In this document: positions 12,687 through 25,700 of the stretch, in pieces
Layout: each line of letters begins with the position of its first letter
Position numbering within the stretch: the first letter of the stretch is position 1
Source of the DNA: Eledone cirrhosa
Taxonomy: Eukaryota
Length of the DNA stretch: 64,000 nucleotides
Direction of reading: 5' to 3'
Assembly (NCBI GenBank): GCA_964016885.1
Contig: OZ024740.1
Span: forward strand, 155,620,001-155,684,000
Notes under the pieces: generated by a model
Seen by the model: the letters and a program-made list of their open reading frames with translations, nothing else
The model's database searches: none
What the model was told of the DNA's origin: nothing
Program-made: the position numbers and the translations under genes

Positions 12687-15224
12687 ATATATATATATAT
12701 ATAGTTTTTCTACTGATATAGATTTTTCCCATCACTTGTTGATTACTAGGCTAAACGCGCCCCCCCCCCCTCCCCCCAAAAGAAAGGGGGTAAAAAACCA
12801 ATGTTATAAATGCAATAAGTTCCATTTGTTGGAGCAAATTCTCGTTTAGGTTAGAAAGGAATGGTAAAAAAAATAAATAAAAGTGAAGTAGTAAAATTAG
12901 GTTGATGATCCTTTTCTTGGCCAATGAAACTGGTTGAGAGGGAGATCCTCAAACCAAAGCCTTGATTTGAATGCTTGCAACAGACTAGATGCCTAAAGGC
13001 CAGCTGGTTGTGTTAAACTGGCCAACGTATTAAGTTTATTATCTAAGACAACACCAAATTTCAAAGTGCAGTGCTTGTCAATACTGTCACATCTAAGAAC
13101 AAACTAGTTTACGGGTTTAAGAGACAATTACACACACAACTTAAAATTAAAATAGTTAAAAATCACGAGATAGACAAAAACAAATTAATAAAAAATTTTA
13201 ATTTGTTGGAATTTTTTTATTCTTTCAAAAGGCCGCCGGTTCCCCATCTCTGAGCCAGACCCATCCTCAAAAGAAAGAGCTGAGTACCAACCCCACCCCA
13301 CAGGCATAAATATTAATATTAACGATAATGTAGTAAATAATAATAAAATATTAGCTATACCTGTCCCTCAAATAATAGAATGGACTGAAAAGCATTATAC
13401 GGTTTATGATATAAAGTAACTTAGTAAAATATGTTCGTTGATATAACAATAAATTACCAAGTAAAGTTATCTTATACAAAAAAAAAAAAGATTTTTTATG
13501 AGCCTATCTATGATGCAGATCGATAATCTATGTCTCTGACCAGGCATTACCACAATATGTCTCCTCCCTTCTGAATCTTATAAGGTCCCTTAAGAGAGGG
13601 TAGGCTGCTATTTTAACAGGTCTAAGAGGCTATATTTTGCTTCCTTCCACTCTTTTGTAAAAAGAATACCTACTGTTATGACTTATTCTTCTTACCTTAC
13701 CCATCTGTCAGATATTAAACAATTTCATCAGATATTAAATCTAAAATTAATCTGACCTCAAGGCATACATATCGTATGATTTTTATCTGTAAATATAATA
13801 AAGATGTGTTTTAATTTCTATGGTGTCATTATTATCTGTTCTTTTTATTAGATCTGTTATAACTCATCTCTTTGAACTTTTAGAGCATCTATTTTGTATT
13901 AAACTATAATTTGTTTTCATAAACATATGATATGAAGTATATTTAATTTTTGGTATGGTATAGAGATTATTTTGAGTAGTTATTGTTCTATAGTTTTGTT
14001 TTTATAAAAAAACTTTCAATGTTTGTGGTAGTGGTGAGTGTATGAGAATTGGTAATGTTAGTCATTAAACTGGGTGTGTTTAAAATATTTAAAAATCAAA
14101 ATTGGTAATTTTAGTTTTCAAATTTTTTTGTTTTAGTTTTAAGTTTACCTAATTAAGCTGGATTCCTTTTTTTTTTCTTCGTGTAAATTTCTGAGTACCC
14201 ACAAAATATTGAAACGAGTTTATGATTATATATGTATATATATAATGTGTATGTCTTGTAATTTAGCGCTTAAAAAAATACAAGTTCCAGACGAACGACT
14301 GAATCCTTTTAGGACAGTCACAGCACGACCGCAGCCTATTGACTGAAACTAGTAAAATAATATATTTATGTATATGGGGGTGAATACATTATATATACAC
14401 ACATTATACTAACATGTATGTATATGATAACGAAATTTGGAAGTATACCGATGAAATATGTAAATGTTACAATAAACTATAACATATGCATAAGTTTTAT
14501 TCCAGTTTCTAAAATGTTAGTTAAGTACACAAAACTTTATTTTGCTACTGAAACAACATAACTTCCAATTTATTAGCAAAACAAAACAACAATCGACTTC
14601 TTAATATACAATTATCTGATTATGTAATTATATTCCTATATTTTTTATGTAGATGTATGAAATATTTTTGCAATAAATCTCACAATAGGCTGTTTATAGT
14701 CACATTGATGGTATTAACAAGCTCCAAATGTCAATAAAATAAAATAAAAAGGATAATGACGATAGTGTTTTATATTTTGGCCTTTTCAATGAGTGATCGT
14801 TTAAGAGAACTGACTTGGTAGGTAAACTTTTAGTCGAGATTGCATCCCTATTTTGATTCTAGCTTGAAGCGAGATTAATTCTCTTAGTCCGTTTGTTTTA
14901 AGAGCCCTTAGAAAATATGTGGAGGTCACAATATTTACGCATGCTCTTCCTCCTCATTATCAAAAATTAAACCCCAATTTTTTTTTCATTTTGATAGAAC
15001 TTTAAATTATAGTAATAAAGAAAATTTGAAATTTGTAGCACACTCCATTTTTCTTTATCATACCATAGAGAGTTCAGTCTAAATTATAAATATTAAAATT
15101 AGGATTGCGAGATAAATTTCAAAGTGTGTATGTGAATATACATGTACTTTTTCTTTAAAATATCTTTTTCCGTTCCTTTCTCTTCTCACTCTATCTTTCT
15201 ATTTCATCTTTTAGTTCTCATTGT

Positions 15225-15258
15225 CTTCTGATAAAGGACTAATATCCGAAATGTAAAG
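15225..15258 (+). ncRNA. Degenerate minimal hammerhead ribozyme motif (PLE-type)
   Basis: CTT-CTGATAA-AGGACTAATATCC-GAAA-TGTA-AAG. Stems I and II are present, but G8 is mutated. Confidence 0.35.
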
Positions 15259-15439
15259 GCTCTTTATATATGAAGCATTACAGTAATATATTTCTTAATT
15301 GTATTGTATTGTGTTGTTTGCTTTATTGTTTCCGTTTACTTTTTGCATATATATGTATATATACACACGTGTGTGTGTGTGTGTGTGTAATGTTTGGGTT
15401 TTGAAAATGGAGAAACAAAACTATACAAGTAAAGTGATG

Positions 15440-15585
15440 TATATTTTATTATAGCCGTGAAACTATACCTGTTGCTCGAGAGCCAGAAGTTCCGTGCATA
15501 AGAGCACTTTTCAGTTTTACTGACGAGTACGCCGAAGCATGAAACTCCTGGCCCTCGAAACACTGACATGACTTGGCAGTTATAT
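15440..15585. ncRNA. Inverted pair of degenerate hammerhead-like motifs
   Basis: The plus strand has CTGACGAGTAC..GCATGAAACTCCTGGCCCTCGAAAC. The minus strand mirrors it with CTGAAAAGTGC..GCACGGAACTTCTGGCTCTCGAGC. Confidence 0.35.
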
Positions 15586-15725
15586 ATTTGTAAAGACAAG
15601 ACTTAATGAATATCATATTAGATTATCAGCTTTACTTTGTTGGTTACCTTTACAAATTGAAAAAGGAAAAGTAGTAAGTAACCTAAAATAAAGTAGTTTG
15701 TGCGGCGTTGAAAAGTTGCGTATAT

Positions 15726-15802
15726 AACCGCAATTCTTAGCTCAGTCTGGTAACCCTGTGTACTAACCGCAACTTCTAGCTCAATCTGGTAATCCTGTGT
15801 AA
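15726..15802 (+). repeat. 39-bp tandem duplication
   Basis: TAACCGCAATTCTTAGCTCAGTCTGGTAACCCTGTGTAC / TAACCGCAACTTCTAGCTCAATCTGGTAATCCTGTGTA. Confidence 0.75.
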
Positions 15803-16329
15803 AATAGCAGAAACCGTAGAAACTGGTGGTGTGTTGATACAAACATTCCGTCTGTCTTATACGGAATGTATGCTGACAATTTAGTAGTAGAGTTACATTT
15901 AATAATTAAAGTTAGGCTTTAAAGAGATGTGTTTTGATTGAAACCTTTAAGATCACAAATAGGCAGGAATAGATCAATAGCTCGAAGTTGTCCGAGCTGA
16001 ACAGAAATGAAATGAGATGACATGGACTTAAAATATTCGAGAAATATGGAAGAACAAATATTTCTTTTTTCAAATAGTGGTAAATTAAAAAAAAAAAAGT
16101 GTATTCGGCCACTGTAAATGATTTCAGGGAAAATTATAAATTAAATTTGTAACATAAGATATGAAACTTGGAGATTAGCTAGTGGAGCGTGGGTGCATAT
16201 TTTGTATCGCTTAAACTGGTTCGTTTTAAACGAAGTTCAAGGGTTTGAGTTTTTTTAATGTGTGTGTGTGTGTGTGTGTATCAAAATGGATGCAGTAAAA
16301 ACCTGTTTAGACCATTAGAGTATGGTAAT

Positions 16330-16441
16330 ATGAAAGAGTCGGGATCCCGACGACTGAGCTTTTTCTGTTTCAACAGCTAGCACTATGGAACTAGCTGTTG
16401 AAACGGCAGGAGCTCAGCTGTCGGGGTCCCGACTCTTTCAT
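16330..16441. repeat. Fold-back hairpin (~51-bp arms, 10-nt loop); MITE-like or hairpin RNA
   Basis: ATGAAAGAGTCGGGATCCCGAC...TTTCAACAGCTAG cactatggaa CTAGCTGTTGAAA...GTCGGGGTCCCGACTCTTTCAT. Confidence 0.8.
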
Positions 16442-17289
16442 GTATATAAAACAACTAAGGATGAGTTGAGAACTTCATATCAATGCAACTCTCAAAAGCC
16501 GCTACATTGCTTTGAAATGTATTCATTGCACACAACAAAAGGCGTTTCCTCCATATCCATCCCACTTTTTTTTAGGACTACACACATTCCAATGTGTGTT
16601 TGGGGAAGATTTGGCTACGACCGTGTACAGGTTACTTTATTATTTGAAGTCGATAAAAAAAAAAGAAGATTCATTCAATTCCCTTGCAAAAGATGGGTAC
16701 AAAAATTAATCTTGAAAACTACTGGAAGGATTTGTGTATGTATGTGTAATACTTCCAGCTGCCATAGTTATTACTAAATATTTAAAAGTAACATTCCATT
16801 TTCAATGCTAAATCTTGTTAAAAAGACGAAAAGGACAGAGATAAGCGTATTAGTTTATGTATGTATATATTTCTGTTTATATACAATGTGCGTATATATT
16901 TATATATATATTGTGTGTAGGTATCTGTATTTTTATGTGTATATGTGTGTGTGTGTGAAGATGCATGGGTATTCGGCTCACAATCGTGAGTTCGATTCTC
17001 AATGACGCGTTGTGTCCTTGAACTAGGCACTTAATTTCACCAGCAGGCTTGATAGGATCAACTAGAATACTCATTGTTGTGCCAGTTTGTGTGTGTGAGT
17101 GTATATATAAATGTGAGTATATATCCTCATCGTTTAACGTCCATTTTTCACACTAGTATGGGTTATGTATATGTGTATTAGTTTGTGGTGGTTCTCTTAG
17201 ACATGCCCTCAGCTATGCTGTTGACATGAAAGTAGTATAAGCAATCAAGAAACCGGCTGATGCTACTCTCTTACATCCTGATTTAGATG

Positions 17290-17983
17290 CATATACAAAT
17301 GGGCTTAGGACAATATGCAATTTAATGCTGGAAAATTGCAAGCCCTCCACCATCAACACACAAAGCCACATCAGGAATTGAAATCCCAGTCGAAATCAAA
17401 ACAGGACCTGAGTATTGACAAGAGCAATGATGCATCGTCACCAAAGGACTTTCAGGATAAGCGGCCATGTCACCAGCTATTGTCACCTATAATGTTAAAC
17501 TAACCACAGAACTTGAATCAATCCAACGAAGCTACAGCAAGATTTCCTAAGTGAAAGAGATGAGCTACTGGGAGAGGCTGAAAGAACTAAAACTATACTC
17601 TCTGGAGCGAAGCAGTGATATGGAAGATCCTGGAAGGGTTAACACCAAACTTCAGCATTGACAGCTGCACAATCCCATGAATATGACATCACTGTGTAGT
17701 GTCAAAGGACCCAACCTTTACATCATGAATAAAGAAGGGTTACTGCAATAGTCTAGAGTTCAAATGTCCCCAGCTCTTTGCCAAAATGTCTGAGATATCT
17801 ACATGATGTACATGTTGATATTTTCAAGAAACACCTTGACATTCTACAAACCATAAATAAGGAAGGCAGCAACAAAATCCCTTTTGCATCAATGGCCAAC
17901 AAAGGAGGGCTGGCTATAGAAAGTGTGACGTCAATGGTGGTGCCCCAGCATCGTATCAGCCTGTCTGCAGAAACACGTTAAAG
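17290..17983 (+). mobile_element. Decayed CR1/L2-group LINE 3' fragment
   Basis: Translated remnants include MQFNAGKLQ, LESIQRSY and SYWERLKELKLYSLER, homologous to the C-terminus of the 26825 element. Many stops are present. Confidence 0.7.
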
Positions 17984-18147
17984 AGTGTGTGTATGTGTGT
18001 GCATATATGTATGTATATATATATATATAAACAATGTATGTGCATATTTGTATGTATGTGTGTGTGTGTGTGTATAAAACTAAAAACAAAAACATTTGTA
18101 CTGCTTATCTGTTTTTTGTTCTCCGTTCATTTATTAAACTATATATA

Positions 18148-19194
18148 TATCATCATCATCTTTGTTTAACGTCCATATTCCACGCTCGCATGGGTTTGGA
18201 CGGGAGTTTACCCACTTGAGGCAAGAGTGGTTGTCTTGCTCGCATAGGACTGTCTGGCGGGTTTTCTACGGCTGGATGCCCTTCCTAACACCAACCACAT
18301 TTACAGTGTGGAACTGGGAGGTTTTTAACGTGTTGCCTACACGGCCATATTACAGCGTGGACTGTGTTTTTTTTGTCATGACACCTACACGACCTCATTT
18401 GTTTCAGGCTGGATGTTGTGGTACCAACATAACTTTACATTGAAAGGGGTGGTGTGGATGGGGTGGGAGTAGTGGGACGGGGGTGTATTTTGTTAGAGGT
18501 GCCTACTGACTGTAGTAGGTTTCACTTTGCACTTAGGTAAGGCGGGTCTTCTCTATTACTGAGTACCGCCAAAGGTCTCGGTCCAGTGACATTGTCTTGG
18601 AGAGGTGTAAGTGTGTGAGGTCGGAATTTATCAAGTCGTCCCAGGTTTTTCTAGGTCTGCCTACTCCGTGGCTACTGTCTATTTTTATTGCCTTGCACTT
18701 TTTTATACAGCTGTCGTCTTTCATGCGCATCACGTGGCCATACCAATGTAGTCTTCTCTCGAGTAAACATCTGATCCCTCTTATTTTTAATTTCTCCCTT
18801 AATTCGTTTATGCTTTGCCATTCACGTATATTACTATTACACATCCAGCGGAGCATGCAAGCTTCGTTTCTCTCCAGTCTGTGTATATCCTCTGCACACA
18901 ATGCCCAGGTCTCACTGCCATGTAACATTGCTGTTCGTATGCAGGCATCATACAGCCTGCCTTTCATTTTTAGAGAGAACCCTTTAGTGGCCAATAGTGG
19001 TATAAGCTCTCTGAACTTTTTCCATCCCGTTCTGACTCTAGCTACTGTACTTTCAGAGCACCCTCCCCCACTGCTGATTTTATCACCCAGGTAACGGAAG
19101 CTGTCCACTATTTCTATAGAACCATCTGTGCAATGGAATGAGTTAGTATTCTGTGGGCACTTGCTGCTACTTATTGCACCAGAGCACCGGCCAT
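18148..19194 (-). mobile_element. 5'-truncated RTE LINE, subfamily A (ORF remnant 18533-19108)
   Basis: DSFRYLG...[12 protein letters not shown]...MLHGSETW...WYGHVMR...GRPRKTW. The 3'UTR and (GAT)n tail are as in the 22194 element. Confidence 0.92.
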
Positions 19195-19224
19195 ATATAT
19201 ATATATATGCATATATATCAATAA

Positions 19225-19503
19225 TAATAATAAATGAAAACTATCTTTATAAAACCATATTTATTTCATTATATGTATTGCAAGGGTACCAAAATTTTGG
19301 TACGCTCTACTCAGATAAAATACAAAAGTTGGTTTTCAGATAGTGACATATTCAGACAAGAACTTAATGTTGTGAGTTCTATTTGAATAGTGAAGAAAAC
19401 CAACTTTTTTATTTTACCTGATAAGAGCGTACCAAAATGTTGGTACCCTTCAAATATATATAAAATAAATATGGTTTTATAATGATAGCTTCCATTTATT
19501 AAT
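19225..19503. mobile_element. Inverted pair (~110-bp arms) of Penelope-like terminal repeats with decayed hammerheads (family F1)
   Basis: 19225-19337 is the reverse complement of 19395-19503. Each arm has CTGAnnA-GAGCGTACCAA..TTGGTACCCTT-(G/C)nAA. Confidence 0.65.
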
Positions 19504-19627
19504 ATTATTCATATCATACTCCAGAAGAAAATTGTTGAGTGCTTCTAATCTGTTATAAATTAAATTTGTTGAATAATCAAGAAATTAAGATAACTCATTG
19601 CTTATATATATACACGTATATATACAT

Positions 19628-22133
19628 CGAACCTGGAAGCTGAAAGACTCCTCGGCCAGTAACAGATTTAAAGATATTTTACTCAACGCCTACGACAGTA
19701 AAGGAGAACAGATAGAGACATTCAATGTAGAAGAGCACTGGGAGTTCCTAAAAAATAACTTACTAGAGGCGACGGATGAGATCTGTGGCTGGAGTAAGAC
19801 CACAAGCAGGAGGAGAGTGACTTGGTGGTGGATCAATAAGGTAGAGGAGGCAATTAAGGCCAAGAGACATGCATGGAAAGAATGGAAGAATGGGGGAAGC
19901 AGGGTACATTATATAGAGACCAAGAGGGAAGCTAGGCGACAAGTATACTTAGATAGGAGGGAAGCAGAGGATAGAAAATTCAAGCATGTTTTGCAACGTG
20001 AGGACCAGAAACAGGTGGTGTTCAAGATTGCGAAGCAGTGTGTCAGAGAGAATTGTGATGTCATTGGAGAGAAGTGTATCCGGAATGATAAAGGTGAACT
20101 TGCCCTCACACGTGCTGAGAAGATGCATGGAAGAGCCATTATGATAGATTACTAAATGAAGAGAATGCATGGGAAGAGGAGACCCTACCCCAAGTAGACC
20201 CTATAGAGGGGCCAGCAGTACAAGTCAGCAGCAGCGTAGTGAGTAAGGCAATCAAAGATATGAAGATGGGGAAGGCAACCGGTCCATCGGGTATAGCTGC
20301 TGAAGGCATCTGAGTCTGTAGGTCACACTATAACCACACGTATGGTTAACCAGGTAATACTAGAAAGTGTCATACTAAAAGATTGGTGCAGTAGCATCAT
20401 TGTCAACTGCTACAAAGGTAAAGGTGATGCACTAGATAGAGGAAACTACAGAGGTATAAAGCTGATGGACCAGGTCATGAAAGTAACAGAAAGAGTTATC
20501 GCACAGTTGATTAGGGACCGGGTGAAACTAGATGAGATGCAATTTGGGTTTGTACTAGGAAGAGGCACCATTGATGCCCTCTTCCTTGTGAGACAGTTAC
20601 AGGAAAAGTACCTAGCTAAAAGTAAGCCACTCTACCTGGCATTCATCGATCTCGAGAAAGCCTTTGACAGAGTTCCACGTGCTATAATCTGGTAGGCTCT
20701 TAAAAAACTAGGAGTAGATGAATAGCTTGTGAAAGCTGTACAAGCCATGTATAGGGGAGCAGTCAGCAAAGTTAGTATAGCGAGGAATTTAGCGTACAGG
20801 TTGGTGTCCACCAGGGCTCTGTTCTTAGCCCTCTCCTGTTTGTCATAGTCCTGCAGGCAATAAGGAAGGAGTTTAAGACCGGATGCCCATGGGAACTCCT
20901 GTATGCAGATGACCTCGCACTTATAGCTGAATCTATGGTAGAACTAGAGAAAAAAATCCAAACTTGGAAGCAGCGACTAGTAAGAAACGGTCTCAAAGTC
21001 AACATGACAAAGACTAAGGTCCTTGTAAGTAGTTGAGAAAACAGAACCCAGATCCCTTCAGGGAAATGGCCTTGCTCAGTATGTAGGAAAGGTGTAGGGA
21101 GGAACTCCATTCTCTGCCCCAAATGCAAACAATGTGTACACAAGAGATGTAGCGGGATCTCAGGAAGCTTAATTAAGAATGTAGGCTTCACATGCAGCAG
21201 CTGTACTGAGACAGCAAGCAGCCACAGTAAACAAGTACCACCAATCTCTGGGAGGGCTCTATAGAAACAGTAGACAACTTTTGCTACCTAGGTGACCGAA
21301 TTAGCAGCGAAGGTGGGTGTTCAGAAAGTACAATAACTAGGGTAAGAACGAGACGGAAGAAGTTCAGGGAACTACTGCCACTGCTAGCTGCAAAAGGCTT
21401 CTCCCTCAAAATGAAAGGCAGACTGTATGATGCGTGTATCCGAACATCAATGTTACATGGTAGTGAGACCTGGGCGCTGAAGGTGGAAGCCTTACGTAGA
21501 TTAGAAAGAAATGAAGCCTGCATGCTCCGATGGATGTGTAATAGTAATATAAGCGAACGGCAAAGCATAAATGAATTGAGAAAGAGACTGAGCAACAGAG
21601 GAGTCAAATGCTGTGTGCAGGAGAGGCGGATGCGTTGGTATGGACATGTGATGCGTATGAAGGATGACAGCTGCATAAAAAGGTGCAGAGCACTAGAAGT
21701 CAATAGAAGACCTGGGATGAGGTGATAGGGGCCAACCTTACCCAGTTGCACCTCTCAAAGGCGATGACACACGACCGTGACCTGGCGTTGCGCAGTAATG
21801 CAGGGTACCCGACCTCCCATGGGTACAAGCTGAAGCATATAGACAATATGCCCTCACACCCTTCCACTGCAAAGTGCTCGTGGAGGTGCCACGACAAAAA
21901 AGCACCCAGCCCTCACTGTAAAGTGGACGTGTAGCCGCCACGGAAAAAAGCACGCAGCACTCACTGTAAATGAGGTTGGTGTTATGAAGGGCATCCAGCT
22001 GTAGAAACCAAGCCAAAATCAGTTCCTGTATGAGCAAGGCATGACCAGCCGACCAGACACTGCCCGCAACAGGACAGCCCGTCTAACCCATGCTAGCATG
22101 GAAGAACGGACGTAAAACGTTGATGATGATGAT
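19628..22133 (+). mobile_element. Degenerate 5'-truncated RTE LINE, subfamily B
   Basis: Broken ORFs contain TWWW, NYRGIKL, QFGF, FIDLEKAFD, GVHQGSVLSP, LLYADD, a PHD-like Cys cluster and WYGHVMR. There are multiple stops and frameshifts, and a (GAT)n tail. Confidence 0.93.
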
Positions 22134-22737
22134 ATATATATACATATATGTATATATATATATACATATATATATATGTATATATATATACGTCATCATC
22201 ATCATCATCATCAACGTTTAACGTCCGTGTTCCACGCTTGCATGGGTTTGGACGGGGGTAGTCCCACTTGAGGCAAGAGTGATTGTCTTGCTCGCATAGG
22301 ACTGTCTGGCAGATTTTCTACAGTTGGATGCCCTTCCTAACACCAACCACATTTACAGTGTGGGTCTGGGAGGTTTTTACCGTGTTGCCTACACGGCCAC
22401 ATTACAGCGTGGACTGTGTGTTTTTTTGTCGTGACACCTACACGATCTCGTTTGTTTCGGCCTGGATGGCGCGGCACCAACATAACTTTACATGGAACGG
22501 GGTGGTGTGGATGGGGTGGGGGTGGTGGCGGGACGGGGTGTAGTTTGTTAGAGATGCCTACTGGCAAGGCGGGTCTTCTCTGTTACTGAGTACCGCCAAA
22601 GGTCACGGTCCAGTGACATTGTCTTGGAGAGGTGTAAGTGTATGAGGTCGGAGTTTATCAGCTCATCCCATGTTTTTCTAGGTCTGCCTATTCCGTGGCT
22701 ACCGTCTATCTTTATTGCCCTGCACTTTGTAATACAG

Positions 22738-25700
22738 CTATCGACTTTCATGCGCATCACGTGTCCATACCAACGCAGCCTTCTCTCGAGTAAACAACAT
22801 CTGATCCCTCTTATCTCTAATTTTTTTCCTTAGTTCGTTTATGCTTTGCCGTTCACGTATATTACTGTTACACATCCAGCGGAGCATGCAAGCTTCGTTC
22901 CTCTCTAGTCTGCGTATATCCTCTGCACACAATGCCCAGGTCTCACTACCATGCAACATTGCTGTTCGTATGCAGGCATCGTACAACCTGCCTTTCATTT
23001 TTAGGGAGAACCCTTTAGCAGCTAATAGTGGTATAAGCTCTCTGAACTTTTTCCAACCAGTTCTGACTCTAGCTACAGTACTTTCAGAGCACCCTCCCCC
23101 ACTGCTGATTTTATCGCCCAGGTAACGGAAGCTGTCCACTATTTCTATAGAACCCTCTGCGCAATTGAAAGAGCTAGTATTTTGTGGGCACTTGCTGCTA
23201 CTTATTGCACCAGAACATCGGCCACATGTAAAGTCTATGTTCTTAGTTAGCTTACCTGTGATCCCACTACATCTTTTATGCACCCATACTTTGCATTTAG
23301 GACATAAGATGGAGTTTCTACCTACGCCTTTCCTACATACCGAGCACGACCATTTCCCAGAAGGGACCGCCGCCTTGTTTTCTTTCCTACAAACTAGAAC
23401 TTTGGTCTTAGCCAGGTTAATTTTAAGTCCTTTTGACTCTAGGCCGTGCTTCCATGTTTGGAATTTCTTCTCTAGCTCGGCCATTGATTCCGCTATGAGT
23501 GTCAGGTCGTCTGCGTATAGGAGTTCCCATGGGCAGCCTGTCTTGAACTCCTCTGTTATAGCCTGAAGGGCAATAATAAATAGTAGGGGGCTGAGAACAG
23601 AGCCCTGATGGACGCCAACTTTTACGCTAAACTCTTCACTATATTCGTTGTTAATTCTAACCTTGCTGACTGTTTCTTTATACATGGCTTGTATAGCCCT
23701 CACAAGCCATTCGTCAACGCCTAGTTTTCTAAGAGCCCACCAGATAATGGAGCGGGGGACTCTGTCGAAGGCTTTCTCCAGGTCGACAAAAGCTAAGTAG
23801 AGGGGTTTACCTTTAGCTAGGTACTTCTCCTGTAGTTGTCGTACTATGAAAAGAGCGTCTGTGGTGCTTTTGCCTGACACAAACCCGAACCGCATTTCAT
23901 CTAGATCAATTCTCTCTCTGATTAGTTGCGCTATTACTTTTTCCGTGACCTTCATGACCTGGTCGATTAATTTAATGCCTCTATAGTTACTCCTATCTAG
24001 GGCGTCTCCTTTACCCTTATAACAGTTAACGATGATGCTGCTATGCCAGTCCTTCGGAACAACCCCATTCTGTACGACTTGGTTAACTATGCGGGTGACC
24101 ATGGTGTGTCCCACCGTGCCAGATGCCTTCAGCATCTCAGCAACTATTTCCGAAGGCCCAGCCGCCTTACCAGTCTTCATATCCTTGATTGCCTTACTTA
24201 TTATACTCCCCTCGACTAACACTGCTGGTCCCTCTATCGGGTCGATATGGGGGAGACTGTCTTTCTCCCATTTATTCTCCTCATTTAGTAGCCTTTCATA
24301 GTGACACTTCCAAGCTACCTTCTTATCAGTGTCGGTGATGGCAAGTATGCCATCATCGTTAAGTACACACTTCTCCCCGACAATATCACGGTTTTCCTTG
24401 ACGCATTGCCTGGCAATCCTGAACACCTCACGTTTTTGGTCATCGCGTTGTAGAACATGCTTGAACTTTCTTTCCTCCGCTTCCCTTCTTGCTAAGTACA
24501 CTTCTCTCCTAGCTTCCCTCCTGGCCACTTGATAGTCTACTCTACTTCCCCCATCCCGCCATACTTTCCAAGCCTGCTTTTTGGCCTTAATTGACCCCTC
24601 CACCCTATTGTTCCACCACCATGTTACTCTCCTCCTGCCTACAGGCCTGCTCCAGCCACAGACCTCGTCTGTCGCCAACAGCAGGTTTGCTTTCAGAAAT
24701 TTCCACTGTCCCTCTATATTGTCCGATTCTAGATGCTCTTCCTTACTGTCGAAAGCATCAAGTAATATGCTTTGAAATTTATTTCTGGCTGTGGGGTCCT
24801 TTAGCTTCCATATTTTTCTCCTGAGGATAGTCCTCTTCTGCTGTCGGGTACGTCTCGTCCTGACTATGAGGTCGCTAATTATCAGTCTATGTTGGGAGGT
24901 GCATTCTTCATGGGGGAGGGATTTAGTGTTTACAACAGACACTCTGTCACGTCTTCTGGTAAGGATATAATCTACCTGGCTTGTGTGTTCCCCGGATCTA
25001 TAGGTAATCAGGTGATTGTCACGTTTTTTGAAGTTAGTGTTACAGATAGTTAGGTTATTTGCATCACAGTATTCCAGGATTCTGGAGCCTTCCTCATTTC
25101 TAGTACCAAACCCATAGCCTCCATGGGTTTCGTCGTAGCCGTCACAATGTTGTCCAACGTGACCATTTAGGTCGCCTGCAATAATTATATAGTCACTGTC
25201 AGATATTTGGGAGGTAGTTAGCAACAGTGTCTCATAGAATCTGTCTTTTATAGTGCCGGGCAGTCCGGATTGGGGTGCGTAAGCAGATATTACTGTCACC
25301 GTAGTTCTATTGAGGACAAGTCTTATTTTAATTATTCTGTCGTTCACTCTATTTACGTCTATTATCTTATCTGCCCACTTTTCTGCTACCATGATTCCTA
25401 CCCCACCCAGCCCATCGTCGTTTCCCACCCAGAAAAGCTTATAACATCGTTTTTTACCCTCAATGAATCTAGCAGACCCACCCCTCCACCTGGTCTCTTG
25501 AATACAACAAACATCGACCTCCTTACGTTCAAGCATTTCTACAACCTCGTTAGCGCGACCCTTTAGGGTGCCTACATTTATGGTACCAACTCTGAAGTTT
25601 TGGGTTGCGTTTGGAGGGTGGGGGTGGTGGGGGGCGGGAGGAGATAGGGTTATGTTAGCCATCCGCGGACGAAACAAAGAGGAGTGCTCGCATTCTCGTC

